Origin: Octopus sinensis
Lineage: Eukaryota
DNA length: 64,000 nt
Reading direction: 5' to 3'
Assembly (NCBI RefSeq): GCF_006345805.1
Contig: NC_043026.1
Location: 14,673,579-14,737,578 of the forward strand
This document shows positions 1 to 14,530 of the stretch, one piece after another (the first letter of the stretch is position 1; each line of letters begins with the position of its first letter). The position numbers and the translations under genes are program-made. Under the pieces are notes generated by a model. It was not told where the DNA came from. It did not search any database and worked only from the letters and a program-made list of their open reading frames with translations.

Positions 1-720
1 TCACTACCATCACCACCACCATCATCAACAACAGCACCACTACCACCACCACCACTATCACAACCACGACCATCACAACCACCACCACCATCACCACTAC
101 CAGCACCACCACTACCACTACCATCATCACCACCACTACCAGCACACCACCAACACCACCACACCACACCACCACCACCACCATCACACCACCACCACCA
201 CCATCACCACTTACCATCACCACTGCACACTACTACACTACCACCACCCACCACCACTACACCATCACACCCATCACCACTACCATCACCACTGCCACCA
301 CTACCACCACTACCACCACTACCACCACTACCATCACCACCATCACCACTACCACCACTGCCACCAACACTACCACCACCACCACCACCACCACTACCAC
401 CACCACCACCACCACCACTACCACCACCACCGCCACCACCACCACCACCACTACAACCATCACCACCACCACTACCACCACCACCACCACTACTACCATC
501 ACCACCACCACTACCACCACTACCACGACTACCACCACCACCACTACAACCATCACCACCACCACCACCACTACCATCACCACAACCACTGCCACCGCTA
601 TTACCTACTGTCTTCAGTCTCAGCCACCAATGTTATCCTTACCAACAATGAATAACTATCAGAATCCACCACCACCACCAACCCCGCCACCACCACCAAC
701 CCCGTAGTCACCCACCACAC
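1..720. repeat. Degenerate (CAC/CAT/TAC)n trinucleotide tract
   Basis: Direct inspection. Confidence 0.97.
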
Positions 721-881
721 TGTGTACATTATCCTACACCACCATCCTCAGCATCAAACCCATTAGGATTAGAGTAGATTCAGCTAAGATGTCAGTGTTA
801 AGCTGTTTACTGTCTCCTTAATAATGTTTCTGCATGTGGATCCGTGTAATAACAGGCTTATATGCTATACATCCAGCTATG

Positions 882-922
<41 letters not shown>

Positions 923-960
923 GTGTGTGTCTATGTATATGCATATATATATATAAATAC

Positions 961-993
<33 letters not shown>

Positions 994-1142
994 ATATATT
1001 ATTGCATATTATATTAATATATATATATATATTTATATATATATATATTTATATATATATAATATATATGCATATATATATATATAATATATATATATAT
1101 GCATATATATATATATATATATATATGCATATATATATATGC

Positions 1143-1179
<37 letters not shown>

Positions 1180-1334
1180 TATACATGGTGTATATATATA
1201 TATGCATATATATATTATATATTAGAAGAAATAAGGTATTCAGAAAATCAGATGGTTATATTTACAGATATTTATTTTATATTACATTTTATACATCAAT
1301 ATATATATATATATATGCATTATATGCATATATA

Positions 1335-1372
<38 letters not shown>

Positions 1373-1516
1373 TATATATATATAGATAGATAGATAGATA
1401 GATAGATATGTATGTTGTATGTATAGTCATATGTATATATATATATATATATAATATATATAATATACACACAAACATTAACATAAAACGAAACATTTTG
1501 GAGAGTAATAATAATA

Positions 1517-1561
<45 letters not shown>

Positions 1562-1881
1562 AATAATAATAATCATTATTGTTGTTATTATTTCTATTAT
1601 ACTTGTATTTGCTACAAATATGATGGATGAATGAGACATCGTAAGGAGTAATTCCAAAATTTGTGTGTTTTTTACATGGTGGAATCCATTACAGAAGAAA
1701 ACACATCTGGAAAGCAAAAACATGGAAAAGGAATAAAATGAGATGTCCCAATTTGGGTAGATAATTAAGGAACTTCAGGGACCCCCAAATCATCCTATCT
1801 CTTCCCTACCCCCTATTTCCTTGCAGCATTCTTTGACTGTAGTTCTTATGCTGAGAGTTGTTTATATTAGCCATACTTGCA

Positions 1882-2260
1882 GGCGCAGGAGTGGCTGTGT
1901 GGTAGGTAGCTTGCGTACCAACCACATGGTTCCGGGTTCAGTCCCACTGCGTGGTACCTCGGGCAAGTGTATTCTGCTATAGCCTCGGGCCGACCAAGGC
2001 CTTGTAAGTGGATTTGGTAGACAGAAACTGAAAGAAGCCCGTCATATATATGTATATATATATGTATATGTTTGCGTGTCTGTGTTTGTCCCCCCAACAT
2101 CACTTGACAACTGATGCTGATGTGTTTACGGCAAAAGAGACCGATAGAATAAGTACTGGGCTTACAATGAATAAGTCCTGGGGTCGATTTGCTCGACTAA
2201 AGGCGGTGCTCCAGCATGGCCGCAGCCAAATGACTGAAACCAGTAAAAGAGTAAAGAGTA
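1882..2260 (+). mobile_element. tRNA-derived SINE family 1
   Basis: Head with A-box (tggctgtgtggt) and B-box (ggttcagtcc), internal (TA/TG)n, tail ggcggtgctccagcatggccgcag..gactgaaac. Confidence 0.9.
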
Positions 2261-2929
2261 AATATATAGGCAAAAATCTTATGAGTATATTTATTCATGT
2301 AGAACATGCTCTATCTTATAAAAAAACAAATGACTTTGATTTACATAAGACTAACTGTACCATTTTATGGCTTGTATTGATAAAGTTCAAAGGTCGCATT
2401 CAAGTTTGTATTTGTTTCACTAAGATATAAACTTTATTTCAATATATATTCTGCAGCAAGTATAATAAAACTGGCTAAGTTTTTTATTTCCATACTTTAT
2501 AATACTAAAGAAAACCTCACCTATGAATTCATTTTTTGTTTTGCTTAAGATGTGTGATTTCCACAACATTAACTTCACAGAAGGTACTCATTTATGGCCA
2601 TCACCTGTAAAGTTCTCTGGTCACGCTCAGATTTTATTTTTCTTTCATTCGAGTACCCATAACATTTTTCATTATATTTTATCGAGCATCTATAATAAAA
2701 TTGACCAAATATTCCTTCTGTATATTGTAATACCAAAGTAAACGTCACTCCAGAAATTGCTTTTTGTTTCATTGAGATACATAAATTTTTACAGCAATTT
2801 TTTCCTGGGATTTTATTGCCTATAATTGCTTAAAAAAAAGTGTGTGTGTGTGTGTGTATGAGCGTCCAATAATACTATATTTGTTCCACGTCCTCACATT
2901 GTTTTCTGTGCTTTCATGTTTGGATTAAC

Positions 2930-2962
<33 letters not shown>

Positions 2963-3053
2963 ATATAAGTGAGTGTGTGTATATATACATATATATATAT
3001 TTAACAGCGGTGCATCAGCATGGCCGCAGCTCTTAGCTGGAACATAAAATAAA

Positions 3054-3087
<34 letters not shown>

Positions 3088-3396
3088 ATATACATATATA
3101 TGTGTATATATATTACCTTTTAGCTTTTACTTTTTCAGTCGCTAGATTGCAGTTTATTTTTAGAGTGACAATGTAGGGTAAGTGTGAGAGGCTGGATCTG
3201 GCCAGATATGACCAATTTAAATGCTAAAGGGTTAAAGTGTTCCTTTTATTTTTACCAGAGTTTCTTTTTGGGTGTTCATAGGGGTGTTACAAAACTACAC
3301 ACACACACACACACACACACACATGTGCATGGGCATACACACACACAAGACATGCGCACATATTCATGTGTACATACTAATACACACATACACACA

Positions 3397-3782
3397 TCTT
3401 TATATATAAAAGTAAGGTTGTGTGCTGTCTGTCTCCTACGATTTAGATTCCTAACTACTCCCACATTTTGCAGTGCAGTTTAACCAAAACCAGGTATCTT
3501 ATAGTCGTGATTCATATCGAGCCCTTCTGGGTATTAGCGCGCGTCTACAATGAGTCTACGATTTAAAAAAAAATTTACCATCATTTTTTTCCATTTTAAT
3601 GCATTTTTTCGCTATTATATAAGGGAAGTAACTCTCTAAAAATGTCTACGATGAGTCTACGATTTTAAAAAAATTTACAATCATTTTTTTTCCATTTTTA
3701 ATGCATTTTTTTGCTATTTTTTGGCTATAACTCTATAGTTATTTCCCTTACAAACCCGAGCAACGCCGGGCGATACTGCTAG
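3397..3782 (+). mobile_element. Non-autonomous Helitron
   Basis: 5' TC (tctttatatataaaag), 3' hairpin cccgagcaacgccggg then CTAG, inserted between A and T. Confidence 0.85.
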
Positions 3783-4084
3783 TACTCTTATAAAGAATGA
3801 TTGAAAGAGGTCAAAATAAGAAATAGAATCTTATATTACAAACGAGAAGCAGATCTCCATCTGACTGTCTATCACAACATTTATTAGAGGGAAGGAAAAA
3901 AAGGAGGAGAAAAAGTTGTTGTGAGAGAAATAGAGAGAGTGAGAGACAGAGAGTGTGTGTGAAAGGTTGATATATAGGTAGTGTTGTCACCATAGTAACT
4001 AACAAGATTTGATTAAAATTGCAAGAGTTTTAAGTGCAAGTATGTCAGTGCAACACAACACAGACTTCAAAAACAAAGCTATAC

Positions 4085-4487
4085 TCTTTACTCTTTTACT
4101 TGTTTCAGTCATTTGACTGCTGCCATGCTGGAGCGCACCGCCTTTAATCGAGCAACTCGACCCTGGGACTTATTCTTTTGTAAGCCCAGAGTATTATCTA
4201 TCGGGTCTTTAGCCGAACCGCTAAATAACGGGGACATAAACACACCAGCATTGTTGTCAAGCAATGCTAGGGGGACAAACACAGACACACAACACACAAC
4301 ACGTATATATATATATACATATATACGAAGGGCTTCTTTCAGTTCCGCCTACAAATCACTCACAAGGCTTGGTCGGCCCGAGGCTATATGTAGAAGACAC
4401 TTGCCCAAGGTGCCACGCAGTGGGACTGAAACCCGGAACCATGTGGTTGGTAAATAAACTACTTACCACACAGCCACTCCTACACCT
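4085..4487 (-). mobile_element. tRNA-derived SINE family 1
   Basis: Full-length reverse-complement copy. Confidence 0.9.
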
Positions 4488-4762
4488 ATATATACATATA
4501 TATATATATATATAGTTTTTTTGGTTGTTAGTGTGTGTTTTTGTGTCTTTTAACATATAGACAATGTTACACAAACTTTAATAAACAACTTTCACTTTGA
4601 AAAATTCACGAAGCTATGTGCAAGATTGACAAATACTTTTAGCAATAGCATAGCAAAGGGTAACAACCTAGTTATAAGGTCAGATTAAGGTGAGGTCACA
4701 ATGGCATGTATATTTCCTGTTAAGTAAAAACACACATACTGACATATCATTACATACTCTCA

Positions 4763-4799
<37 letters not shown>

Positions 4800-6634
4800 T
4801 TAATACATTCAAAGAAGAAATAGTAAAAGAAGAAGGAGGTAGAATGAAGATAGGTGAATACAGGTGAAATACAGGTGAAATACAGGTGAATATAGGTGAA
4901 ATACAGGTGAACAACTCACACATGCATATGCACAAACACATAAACACACACAAACAAACACACATGTATACACACATATATATATATCCTTACACATACA
5001 TATATGTATATAACCCATGCTAGCATAGAAAAAGAGAATAAAACACACTAAAACCCACACACACTCATAAGCCTATATGTATGTATAATGTATGTACACA
5101 CACACACACATACATATATATACACATATGTATGTATGTATGTATGTGTGTATGTATGTATGTGTGTATGTATGTATGTATGTATATATATATACATACA
5201 TATATATGTACATGCATATATATGTGTGTGCATGTGTATATATATATACATGTATACACACATATATATCCTTACACATACATATACGTATATAACCCAT
5301 GCTAGCATAGAAAAAGGGACATAAAACACACTAAAACCCCACACACACTCATAAGTCTATATGTATGTATAATGTATGTACACACACACACACACATACA
5401 TATATATATACACACACCCACACACACACACATATATATACAGACACATACACATACAGACAGACACACACATATATGTATGTATATATATATACTGCAT
5501 GTGTGTGTGTATACATATATATACATATATATATTGCATATATAAACTCTCACGGACTCACATATTCACACACATACATACACACACATATATATTTGTA
5601 TATCATTATCCTCATCCTCATTATCTGCAACTGCCAACTCTTGATGTTCCTTCCAACAATTCTTCTCCTTTTATCCTTATCATCTGCTGCTCTTATTAAA
5701 TATTGCTGATGTTATCAAATCCAAATTTTTCCCAAGGTTTTTTTCTCTTGGCCTTTTCCCAGAGACATTTCATACATTTCAAACAACCAACCATTTTAAT
5801 AGACCTTTTGTTGATCATCTGCCTGAGTACAGAAATACGCAAATGTCTTAATGTTTTTTCTTCTCCAGTTCTGGTACAATGCTCCATTTAATTCCAGTTT
5901 GATACACCATATATTGATTTGTCCTTTTTTTATTTTTATGTCTTGGTTAGTTCCTAACATTCTTTCAGAATTCCAACCCTGAAACCTCTTTATTTTCCTC
6001 TCTACTCTTTTAAGAATTTAGCATTTAGATCCATACATTTCTATAAGAAATATCAATGGTAAATATCAAATACACATATATATATATATGTAAAAGTTAG
6101 CACTTCCTTCTCTAAGCTTAGATTCGAAATCGAATCCAAGAATCATCGGTTGTCAAATACCAATGCATGTATAGGCGCGAAATTTAAAGATCCTTTGTTC
6201 TGTCAAAAAGTGATTGATCATCTCCCTTTGACCTACGACTTCAGCCATGTCAGGCGAAGTTCAACTGGACACGCGTTGACCTACTTAGTATGTCTATCTG
6301 TTGCAATATGTCTATCTTTCTAGCTGTTTGAAATATTATAAATACAAAGGGAAAAACAGAGAAAGACACACAATCGGAGCTGACACACCAGCAGACACCC
6401 CGCGTTTTGGAGACGACAGAGAAATGCCTACAGGCTACTGTTCTGAATGATTCACGCACACACCCACACACACACAAATATATTCATCTTTAATATGTGC
6501 TCTATACAAGCAATGCGTAGTATTTGCTTACAGTTTTATGTAGTGAACTTATAACCCATGTAAATAAATCCCTTTTTAATCATGAAACAGTTTATGTATT
6601 TATTAATACACACACACATCCACTACATATATAT

Positions 6635-7174
6635 ATATATGGACACTAAAGAAAGCTGACCAGAAGAGAATTAATGCATTCGAGCTTTGGTGCTGGAGAA
6701 GACTTTTACGGATTCCCTGGACAGCGAGGCTCACCAATGGAGAAGTTCTTAAGCAGATCAGGCCGAAAATGTCGCTAGAAGCTAGGATCACCAAGCATAG
6801 ATTGGCATATTTTGGTCATATTATGCGGAGAAAATCACTGGAGAAGGACATCATGCTCGGAATGGTCAGTGGCAAGAGAGGAAGAGGCTGACCAATGGAG
6901 AAGTTCTTAAGCAGATCAGGCCGAAAATGTCGCTAGAAGCTAGGATCACCAAGCATAGATTGCCATATTTCGGTCATATTATGTGGAGAAAATCCCTGGA
7001 GCTCGGAATGGTCAGTGGCAAGAGAGGAAGAGGCCAACCAAGAACCCGCTGGCTTGACACCATCAGGAATGCTACCGGAATGGACATAGTCAATCTGAAA
7101 GAAGCGGCCCAGGATAGAACTGACTAGAGGACACTGATCGAACGAGTAACCGAGGGTCGACTTCGACTGAGCGG

Positions 7175-7177
<3 letters not shown>
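6635..7177 (+). mobile_element. RTE-clade LINE 3' fragment with one internal 158-bp duplication
   Basis: WTLKKADQKRINAFELWCWRRLLRIPWTAR...YFGHIMRR...RWLDTI; cagatcagg at 6754 and 6912. Confidence 0.9.
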
Positions 7178-7213
<36 letters not shown>

Positions 7214-7284
7214 ATGGGGGCAGAGAGTGACTGAAGAGTTCACAGGATTAGTGTGAAAGATTTCCAGGCAATGTCTGTCTCACT

Positions 7285-7325
<41 letters not shown>

Positions 7326-7378
7326 ATATATATATATATTATAATATACATAATATATATATATATATATATCTATAA

Positions 7379-7409
<31 letters not shown>

Positions 7410-7425
7410 TATATATATATATATC

Positions 7426-7456
<31 letters not shown>

Positions 7457-8277
7457 TGCTTAAATATATATAAGCATATATATGTACATACTGCCTGTGT
7501 CTGTCTGTCTCTCTCATTCTATATATATATATATATATATACATACATACATACATACATACATACATGCACATACATATACCATATATATAATTATATG
7601 TATGTATTAATATATATATATATATTATATATATATAATTATATGTATATATATATATATCTATATATATATATAGATATTATAATATATAACAAACACA
7701 ACACAACACACCACACACACATTATATATGCATATGCATGGTAGTATTTTATATATAAAATGAATTGTGTGCAGCAATGTCAGGTTGATTATTGTCCTTC
7801 TGATGTTTCCCCAAATGCGATTTAAAGAGATAACGGCAGATTCTGTTGCTGCAGTTCTTCATTTTTCTCCTCTTCGCCATCCTATCAATTTATCACAAAA
7901 CTTCCCGCAAAGCAATATCTCATTCATGACTTGACAGTTCGATTATCAATTATCGCACAATTACATAAGAAATCAATATCTACAGGGGGAAAAAAAAAAT
8001 CAATCATTTTACGTGTATCCTGATCCAGAGATAATGAATAAACAATATTCGTCACCTTTTTTCTTATGAATTCTTTATCAAAATCCTCAAGTTTACCAAC
8101 AAATAAGGAGAGTATCTTTGGCCTCTCCGATACTGGCAACCCCTTTTTACACTGATTTTAACTGTACTTTGATTTAGCTTCTGAACCTTTCATCTTTGTG
8201 CTTTCTACATCAATGGCAGGAGAAAACTGATAAGGGATAAGTTATAGATCCTTGTCGGATCCCTTTTGATCACTTAC

Positions 8278-8900
8278 TCTTTACTCTCTTTTTTACTCTT
8301 TTACTTGTTTCAGTCATTTGACTGTGGCCATGCTGGAGCACCGCCTTTAGCCGAGCAAATCTACCCCAGTACTTATTCTTTGTAAGCCTAGTAATTATTC
8401 TATAGGTCCTCTTTTGCCGAACTGCTAAGTTACGGGGGACATAAACACACTACCATTGGTTGTCAAGCGATGTTGGAGGGACAAACACAGACACACAAAC
8501 ACACACATGCACACACGCACACACGCACTCACACACATATATATATACACGACGGGCTTCTTTCAGTTTCCGTCTACCAAATCCACTCACAAGGCTTTGG
8601 TCGGCCCGAGGCTATAGTAGAAGACACTTGCCCAAGGTGCCATGTAGTGGGACTGAACCCTGGGCCATGAGGTTGGTAAGCAAGCTACTTACCACACAGC
8701 CACTCCTGCGCCTACATATATATATATATATACATATATACGATGGGCTTCTTTCAGTTTCCGTCTACCAAATCCACTCACAAGGCTTTGGTCGGCCCGA
8801 GGCTATAGTAGAAGACACTTGCCCAAGGTGCCACACAGTGGGACTGAACCCGGAACCATGTGGTTGGTAAGCAAGCTACTTACCACACAGCCACTCCTAT
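8278..8900 (-). mobile_element. SINE family 1 with a duplicated head half
   Basis: The head segment occurs twice (~8545-8712 and ~8740-8900). Confidence 0.88.
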
Positions 8901-9237
8901 GCCTACCATTCTGACAAATTGAAGTTTTAATATTTATTGTTGGCCGATTTTAATACTTCTATGAAATTTTCTATCTTTGATCTTTTACTTATTTCAGTCA
9001 TTAGACTGCAACCATTCTGGGGCATTGCCTTGAAGAATTTTTGTCGAATAAATTGATTCCAGTAATTATTTTAATTCTTTTTAGCATGGTACTTATTCTA
9101 TCAGTCTCTTTTGCCAAATCACTAAGTTATGGGGATGTAAACACACCAACACCAGTTGTCAAGTGGTGGTGGGCTACAAACACAGACACAGACACAAAGA
9201 CACATACATGTACCAACACACACACACACACACACAC

Positions 9238-9337
9238 NNNNNNNNNNNNNNNNNNNNNNNNNNNNNNNNNNNNNNNNNNNNNNNNNNNNNNNNNNNNNNN
9301 NNNNNNNNNNNNNNNNNNNNNNNNNNNNNNNNNNNNN
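9238..9337. other. Assembly gap (100 N)
   Basis: Run of n characters. Confidence 0.99.
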
Positions 9338-9756
9338 GTAATTATAATAATGATAACAACCCCGCCCCCTCTCCTATTTTATATCCTTCATAGTCCTTCT
9401 CTTCTTTTACTTTCATCTCTCTCTCTTTCTCTCATTCCCTGTCTCCTTTTCAATATCAACTTCAACATTTTATTTCCTTTTACATAAACATGTATATATT
9501 ATATCCGTGTGTGTGTTGATATAGTGTACGTGTATATATGTATATATATGTTTATTTTTATTCTTGTACTTGTTTCAGTCATTTCACTGTGGCCATACTG
9601 GAGTACCACCTTCAGTCAACAAAATGACCCCAGGACTTATTCTTTGTAAGCTTAGTACTTATTATTGGTGTCTTTTGCTGAACTTTTAATTACAGGGATG
9701 TAAACACACCAGCATCGGTTATCAAGCAATGTTAGTGGGACAAAAATAAACACAGG

Positions 9757-10114
9757 AGGGTTCCGGTTGATCCGAATCAACGGAACAGCCTGCTCGTGAA
9801 ATTAACCATGTAAGTGGCTGAGCACTCCACAGACACGTGCACCCTTAATGTAGTTCTCGGGGATATTCAGCATGATACAGAGAGTGACAAGGCCGGCCCC
9901 TTGAAATACAGGTACAACAGAAACAGGAAGTAAGAGTGAGAGAAAGTTGTGGTGAAAGAGTACAGCAGGGATCACCACCATCCCCTGCCGGAGCATCGTG
10001 GAGCATTTTAGGTGTTTTCGCTCAATAAACACTCACAACGCCCGGTCTGGGAATCGAAACCGCGATCCTATGACTGCGAGTCCGCTGCCCTAACCACTGG
10101 GCCATTGCGCCTCC
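9757..10114 (-). mobile_element. tRNA-derived SINE family 2
   Basis: Head ggaggcgcaatggcccagtggttagggcagcggactc...ggtttcgattcc (A/B boxes) and conserved body. Confidence 0.9.
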
Positions 10115-10510
10115 GCAGCTATATATATTAAGTATATGTATGGACATATGTAGTAAGTATATATACAAAGGTATGTATATATGTAAATATATGTGTATAT
10201 ATTAATAGTTATTGCCAAGCTAATATGGCAGTCTAGAAATATAGGACGAATGCTGCCGTTGATTAGCTCCAAGAGGCCATAGCCTCTAGCTAGCTATGTG
10301 ACACACGAACCTGTGTCCATTATAACCTTCGAACAGGGGAGGTCAGCCGCTTCCCCTTGCTGGTCGGGCATCTGCAGAGTAGTTTCAGGGTATTTGCCCC
10401 TTATCAGTGCAGAGCAGCTGAACCCAGCAGGCATCGCTACTAACCGTCTGTTCAAAGGATTATTTATCTAAATTCAGTGGAATACATCACTGGTTTTCAA
10501 AAATAGAAAT

Positions 10511-10578
<68 letters not shown>

Positions 10579-10580
<2 letters not shown>

Positions 10581-11102
10581 GGGGTTGGACAAAATAATGG
10601 AAACACCTTAAAATTTCAAACAAATTTATTTTAATATGGGAAAGAACCGCCTTTGGCAATAATTACAGCTTAAATTCTACGAGGTATGGACTCGTACAAA
10701 GTTTGAATTGTTTCCAAAGGAATTTTTGTTCATTCTCCAGCTAAAACAGTCTCCAGTTCTTGTAGTGATGATGGTGGAGGATAATTGACACCTTGTTTCT
10801 CTAAAATAAACCATAAATGTAAAATAATATTGAGATCTACAGACTGTGGTAACCAGAAAAGATGTTCAACTTGACTGATATGTTCCTCGTGCCATTCGGT
10901 AACAACTTTGTGAATTGGTGCATTATCATCCTGAAAGATTACATTTCCCTCCAGAAACAGTTCTGCAACCATAGGATGCATTTGATCAGATAAAATGCTT
11001 AAATAATCTTGACAATTAATTCTACCATGAAGGGAAACCATTGGGCTGGCGGATTTCCAAGATATAGCCCCACCAGATCATCACAGATCGTCCTCCACAT
11101 TT
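10579..11102 (-). mobile_element. Tc1-family transposon 3' fragment
   Basis: IFQDDNAPIH...WLPQSVDLNII.HLW (DD34E-type region, decayed); TIR-like end gaggggttggacaaaataatggaaacac next to TA. Confidence 0.85.
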
Positions 11103-11486
11103 GGAAGCACTCCGTCGGTTACGACGACGAGGGTTCCGGTTGATCCGAATCAACGGAACAGCCTGCTCGTGAAATTAACATGTAAGTGGCTGAGCACTCC
11201 ACAGACACGTGTACCCTTAACGTAGTTCGCGGGGATATTCAGCGTGACACAGAGAGTGACAAGGCCGGCCCTTTGAAATACAGGTACAACAGAAACAGGA
11301 AGAAAGAGTGAGAGAAAGTTGTAGCGAAAGAGTACAGCAGGGATCCCCACAATCCCCTGCCGGAGCCTCGTGGAGCTTTTTAGGTGTTTTCGCTCAACAA
11401 ACACTCACAACGCCCGGTCTGGGAATCGAAACCGCGATCCTATGACCGCGAGTCCGCTGCCCTAACCACTGGGTCATTGCGCCTCC
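11103..11486 (-). mobile_element. tRNA-derived SINE family 2
   Basis: Full-length copy adjoining the Tc1 fragment. Confidence 0.9.
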
Positions 11487-12034
11487 ACTTAGCACACACC
11501 ACAACATATGACGGTAGAGGATCCCCATAAACTGATTATAATATAAACAAAACCGAAAACATAATAAATAAATAAAATACACAGATAAATAAACAAATAG
11601 AAATAAACAACTATATAAGCTTGCAGGCTGGATGTATATATATCAGCGGTGGTGCCCCAGCATGGCCGCGGCCTTCGGGCTAAAACACTTTTAAGGATTT
11701 AAGTTGTTATTTCGTTCGTCTCTCCATCATTTCTTCTCCAATCCATTTTCTGTTTCGAAAATCCTAGCATTTTTCGCTTCCAGGCAAGATTACGATCAAA
11801 GGGAGGGAATTCTGCAAAATGTAACGGTTTATATTAAGAGTGGTTTCCCTTGACACTAAAAACTCTTCGCCTTTACAAAATTTTCTGTTCTCTTTCGGAG
11901 CGAAATTTCGTTCCATCTTTCTGTCCGTGTGTCGTTCTTTCTGCGTCTCTGCGTCTATTTATCAGTCTCTCTGTATCAGTGCATGCAGGCATGCCTGTTT
12001 GTATGTGTGTATGTATGCATATGTGTTTGTGTGC

Positions 12035-12094
<60 letters not shown>

Positions 12095-12159
12095 ACATGC
12101 GTACAAATACTCTTTGGGTCAAAGTGAGAAAGTGGCGATGATGGTGGGGTTCGGACCGA

Positions 12160-12228
12160 AGCTGCTGCTGCCACTACTACTACTACTACTACTACTAAAA
12201 CTACTGCTACTAAAACTACTGCTACTGC

Positions 12229-12264
<36 letters not shown>

Positions 12265-12469
12265 CAATAGTAGTAGCAGCAGCAGCAGTAGCAGCAGTAG
12301 TAGTAGTAGTAGTAGTAGTGGTAGTGGTAGTAGTAGTTGTAGTAGTAGTAGCAGAAGCAGCAGTAGCAGTAGTAGTAGTAGTAGTAGTAGCAGTAGAGGT
12401 AGTAGTAGCAGCAACAGCAGCAGCAGTAGTAGTAGTAGTAGTAGTAGTAGCAGCAGTAGCAGAAGCAGC

Positions 12470-12516
<47 letters not shown>

Positions 12517-12517
12517 C

Positions 12518-12555
<38 letters not shown>

Positions 12556-12589
12556 CAGCAACAGCAGCAGCAGTAGTAGTAGTAGTAGT

Positions 12590-12672
<83 letters not shown>
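12160..12672. repeat. (AGT/AGC)n trinucleotide tract
   Basis: Direct inspection; source of the poly-V and poly-L ORFs. Confidence 0.97.
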
Positions 12673-12673
<1 letters not shown>

Positions 12674-12699
12674 TATTTAGTTAATTTTTTGGCTCAAAA

Positions 12700-13270
12700 A
12701 GCAAAAAGCAAGGCCATGTAGGGGGACATGGAGTTGTGTACAGGGAGGGTGTTCATGCAAAGAGTGCAGGCCATTTCTGGTCAAGAGAGACTTTGAACCG
12801 AGCGGTCGTCGGCATCTTCACTATCTCGTCTGGCAGCTTGTTCCACGGATCCTCAACCCGGACGGAGAAAGCCCCTCTCCTTCGATTGAGATGAAATCGT
12901 CGTAGATAGAGCTTTTCGGAATGACCCCGCAACCGATGCTCTGGAGCAGGAGTGAAGAACAGCTCTTTCAAGAGGTTACACTTTCTGCTTATGATGTTGT
13001 GGGCGAGAATGAGATCACCACGTCGGCGTCGTTTTTTTTGAGAGAATAAAGGTCGGGCGTCTTCAGCCTTTCTTCATCATAAGACAAATGCTTGAGACCA
13101 AGAACCATGCTTGTAGCCAGCTTCTGGACTCTTTCGAGATGCTGTATGTCTTTGAGGAGATAAGGAGAAGAGGCTTGAATCCCGTACTCCAATATGGGTC
13201 TCACCAGCGTGACATAGAGCGGTAGGAATATGGCTGCTGTGAGCATTCCGAATGACCGTCGAATCAAGAA
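12700..13270 (-). mobile_element. CR1-like LINE 3' fragment (different family)
   Basis: LYVTLVRPILEYG...LERVQKLATSMV..LSY.ERLK and RRRGAFSVRVEDPWNKLP. Confidence 0.85.
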
Positions 13271-13834
13271 CAGAACTCTTGCTACTATTAGTAGTAACAG
13301 TAGCAGCAGCAGTAGTAGTAGTTGACATGGAGAATATAAACTTGTTTTTTCCCTGATATCGATGTTATACATTCATGTGTGTGTGTGTGTGTGTGTTTTA
13401 TTGCGCATTACTCAAATGAAAAGCTGAGGACCGCATCTATTTCATGTCAGCGGATGCGACCCTAGTCTGCCTCTTTCAGTTCAAACCAAGAGGGACCGAC
13501 TGCTTCCACCTTCATCCTCCACACATTCTTTTCACATCTTCTTAGGTCGTCCAACATTTCTTTGCTGTTTCCGTGACAATTCGGTTTTCTGATTGAGGTT
13601 GTTAGCAGCAAGTCAGCCTCTTTAGGCTCGATGACAGGTGGATTGCCATCGGTCAATCTGCTACGGGTAACCCTGCTAAGAGCTTAAACTCTCACTAACA
13701 TTTCCTTTCGGGTTAGAGACTCATGCAAGCCCTCCTCTGTTGCGACAAGGTAGCGATCGTCTGTGGAGCTGTGTCTATGGTAGTAAAAGATAGTGTTACT
13801 ACAAGAGGTTCGTTTTTTTCTTTTAATGAAGAGA

Positions 13835-14237
13835 AGGAGTGGCTGTGTGGTAAGTAGCTTGTTTACCAACCACATGGTTCCGGGTTCAGTGTCACTGTGT
13901 GGCACCTTGGGTAAGTGTCTTCTACTATAGCCTCGGGCCGACCAAAACCTTGTGAGTGTATTTGGTAGACAGAAACTGAAAAGAAGCCCGTCGTATATAT
14001 TTATATGTATATATGCATGTGTGTCTGTGTTTGTCCCACTAGCATTGCTTGACAACCGATGCTGGTGTGTTTATGTCCCCGTCACTTAGCGGTTCGGCAA
14101 AAGAGACCGATAGAATAAGTACTGGGCTTACAAAAAAATAAGTCCCGGGGTCGAGTTGCTCGATTAAAGGCGGTGCTCCAGCATGGCCGCAGTCAAATGA
14201 CTGAAACAAGTAAAAGAGTAAAAGAGAGAGTAAAAGA
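13835..14237 (+). mobile_element. tRNA-derived SINE family 1
   Basis: Full-length copy. Confidence 0.9.
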
Positions 14238-14530
14238 GAATCTATGGAAGAAAGAGGTTTTAGTACCTGTAGATCCAGAGATCAGACACTCTAATTAGAA
14301 AGAGTATGGCAGAAGAACCTATTATTGACCTACAAGATAATTAGAAGCGGATATTACATTCTTAAAATTTATGACTAAACACGGCATTGTTGTTAACAAT
14401 CTTTGTTGTGACACATCATTTTGCAACAGTGATGCTGAATAATTAAATTCGCTTTTCCACAAAGTGATCATCTCAATCAATTCTGTGCAACAATCGATAA
14501 AATGAATTTATAGATTCATTTACAAATGGA

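Noticed and set aside
257-595. Poly-Val ORF, and the poly-Val/Leu ORFs at 11850-12680
   Set aside because: Trinucleotide repeat artefacts.
824-1385. Many long ORFs of Y/I/H/T/C/V/M here and at 29050-29754, 38077-39372, 40792-42131, 55098-56166 and 60311-60890
   Set aside because: They are translations of (TA)n/(CA)n/(TACA)n microsatellites, with no coding complexity.
1882-1960. tRNA-like heads with A and B boxes
   Set aside because: They are SINE heads fused to SINE bodies, not complete cloverleaf tRNA genes.
2575-2772. 65-aa ORF that looked exon-like
   Set aside because: Weak acceptor and no recognisable homology.
7924-8139. Coding-like 71-aa ORF with a strong internal splice-acceptor-like site
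   Set aside because: No recognisable motif, all frames close soon after the acceptor, and no partner exon was found.
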